Shown here: positions 33,071-34,491 of the stretch, one piece after another
Position numbering within the stretch: position 1 is the stretch's first letter
Layout of the letters: each line of letters begins with the position of its first letter
DNA from: Methanobacteriota archaeon
Lineage (GTDB): Archaea; Halobacteriota; Methanosarcinia; Methanosarcinales; Methanogasteraceae
Direction of reading: 5' to 3'
DNA length: 34,491 bases
Assembly: GCA_034659315.1 (NCBI GenBank)
Contig: JAYEGZ010000121.1
Location: 1-34,491 of the forward strand
Notes under the pieces: generated by a model
What the model was told of the DNA's origin: nothing
Database searches by the model: none
The model's input: only the letters and a program-made list of their open reading frames with translations
Position numbers and translations under genes: made by a program

Positions 33071-33774
33071 ATAAACTATTTATCGTTGCAGAGAAAGAGC
33101 TGAATGGAATTATAAGGACCCGAAGTCAGATACTTGTGGGCATATTCTTTGCCATGTGGTTCAGTGTGATGACGGCACCGGTTATCAAGACTGCTGAGAA
33201 ATCTCTGGTGTTTGACCAATTTAATAACCTGCTTTTCTATTTTGTGTTGATGCTGGGCATATTCATGGCATATATGTTCTCAGGAAAGGTTTTTTTCAAT
33301 GAAAAGAGGGAAGGCATCATAGAAACGTTGCTGTGCACACCGCTCAGCGTGAGGCGGATATGGGCGGGAAAAGTACTTGGCGTTACAATTCCTGCATATC
33401 TGATCGCGCTGCTGGCGGCTGCTTTGATAACTCTGATCGCAAACGTCTTCTCGGCAACGATCCTGCTACCATCGCCTGCCGTTTTCCTGCATATCGTTCT
33501 CGTTGTCCCGGCGTTCATAGCTGTTGCCGTGGGTCTCCTGGGGTTCGGTCACTTACTACTCGGAATGCGTGAAAACCAGATCCTGAACATCTCGATATTT
33601 GCCGCGATATTTCTCGCGTTCTCGCTTGCTAATAATAATGTGGTTAGCGGAGGCTATGTTGTTTCAGGGGTCATGGTCGGGGGAATGCTTATCGTAGCTG
33701 TGCTTTTGCTGGCACTCATAAGCTACCTGACCAGATATTTAAGCAAGGAGCGAATCACAACGACGATAGCGTGA
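33067..33774 (+). CDS. ABC-2 type transporter permease
   Basis: TTG start overlapping the ATPase stop, with GGAGGAG 9 nt upstream. 235 aa with about six hydrophobic helices. Confidence 0.8.
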   Translation: MNKLFIVAEKELNGIIRTRSQILVGIFFAMWFSVMTAPVIKTAEKSLVFDQFNNLLFYFVLMLGIFMAYMFSGKVFFNEKREGIIETLLCTPLSVRRIWAGKVLGVTIPAYLIALLAAALITLIANVFSATILLPSPAVFLHIVLVVPAFIAVAVGLLGFGHLLLGMRENQILNISIFAAIFLAFSLANNNVVSGGYVVSGVMVGGMLIVAVLLLALISYLTRYLSKERITTTIA

Positions 33775-33866
33775 AAAGGAGGCGAAAAAGATGAAAGTGG
33801 CGATTGGCATACTATCCTGCATTGGAATCTGGAAAATAAGCAACAAATAATGTGTGGTGAATAAAA

Positions 33867-34037
33867 ATGAAAACAAAGATCAGCGAGTTGCTGGTGATAC
33901 TGGGAACGGTTCTGTTTGTTGGTGGGACAATGTGTTATCTGAGAGGCGAGTTGCTAGCAGAACAGATCTCAGGAATCGGTGCTCTGGCGCTCATCTTCGT
34001 GGGTGTCGGTGCGGGCACGACAAAGGCAAAACAGTGA
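33867..34037 (+). CDS. small two-TM membrane protein (56 aa), below the ORF-track length cutoff
   Basis: GGTGA lies 6 nt before the ATG. The product is MKTKISELLVILGTVLFVGGTMCYLRGELLAEQISGIGALALIFVGVGAGTTKAKQ. The overlapping 80-aa track ORF (33854..34096) is Arg/Cys/Trp-rich and looks non-coding. Confidence 0.5.
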   Translation: MKTKISELLVILGTVLFVGGTMCYLRGELLAEQISGIGALALIFVGVGAGTTKAKQ

Positions 34038-34225
34038 ACCGGAGAAATAAAGATGGGGCACAAAAAAGGTTTACGGCATTCTGGTGGTGCTTATAGTTTG
34101 CTTTGGTTGCATTGGTTACATGGTACCAAGACAAAAGAGTGACGTAGATGTTTATTATGTTGAACAATTGCAGTCATTCTCTCTTGAAGGGGAATCTGCA
34201 AAAGTTGAGTTTTTTTGAAAAATCT

Positions 34226-34429
34226 CTAAACCTTCTTAGCTAAAATTTCTTTCACTCTGCCTATTTCACCACTTTCAAGACGAACTTTAATTCCGTATGG
34301 GTGTGTCCGAGAATTCGTTAGTATGCGTTGAACAACTCCTGTTGTGAGTTTGCCTGTTTTTTGGTCATTTTTTAATACGATTGCAACATGCAATCCCAAA
34401 CTGATATTAGCCCGAATAGTTCCATCCAT
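34226..34429 (-). CDS. YwbE-family small protein
   Basis: MDGTIRANISLGLHVAIVLKNDQKTGKLTTGVVQRILTNSRTHPYGIKVRLESGEIGRVKEI matches the YwbE layout. GGAG lies 8 nt before ATG 34429. ATG 34435 and TTG 34447 are alternatives. Confidence 0.8.
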   Translation of the reverse strand: MDGTIRANISLGLHVAIVLKNDQKTGKLTTGVVQRILTNSRTHPYGIKVRLESGEIGRVKEILAKKV

Positions 34430-34491
34430 ATACATTTCTCCTACCAATATTTTTCTCGTGATGATAAATAACGTTTGCGGATTTGCGGGGT

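Noticed and set aside
33854-34096. 80-aa plus-strand ORF (MVNKNENKDQRVAGDTGNGSVCWWDN...)
   Set aside because: Two other frames in the same stretch give SD-preceded hydrophobic small proteins. This frame is Arg/Cys/Trp-rich and has no start context.

Overview
Archaeal chromosomal window. The gene content points to a Methanosarcinales-type euryarchaeon: aEF-1alpha, S10, type II GAPDH, duplicated-type EndA, RNase P Rnp4, Tfx, presenilin homologue PSH and S-layer duplication-domain proteins. I support about 35 protein genes, one tRNA-Val(CAC), one decayed gene and four copies of a short palindromic repeat. I saw no rRNA and no CRISPR array. Housekeeping genes (tuf-rps10, purS-purQ, purA, gap, endA, rnp4) are interspersed with signalling and envelope genes. 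Signalling genes: a sensor-less HisKA_2 kinase with a REC-GAF regulator, a KaiC-like ATPase, three CBS-only proteins, an RCK-DHH phosphoesterase and Tfx. Envelope genes: S-layer-module proteins (one with a dockerin), a protein with two lamin-tail domains, MscS, PSH, a beta-helix membrane protein and an ABC-2 exporter. Items most worth follow-up: (1) a divergent locus of an RCK(TrkA_N)-DHH-DHHA1 phosphoesterase and three effector-less CBS proteins, next to MscS; (2) a tightly packed operon of KaiC-like ATPase, unknown partner, CooT-like protein and GAPDH; (3) a MITE-like element family with GTGTTTAGC terminal inverted repeats, present four times in 34 kb; (4) a PAS/coiled-coil relic behind the REC-GAF gene, readable only with three frame changes; (5) a signal-peptide bactofilin-like beta-helix protein with a polytopic C-terminal anchor, facing an ABC-2 exporter across a region with two CGATTAATCG palindromes, and followed by unannotated small SD-preceded membrane ORFs; (6) an AT-rich island with a truncated AlbA_2 gene. 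All functional calls come from by-eye motif recognition. No database search was run.
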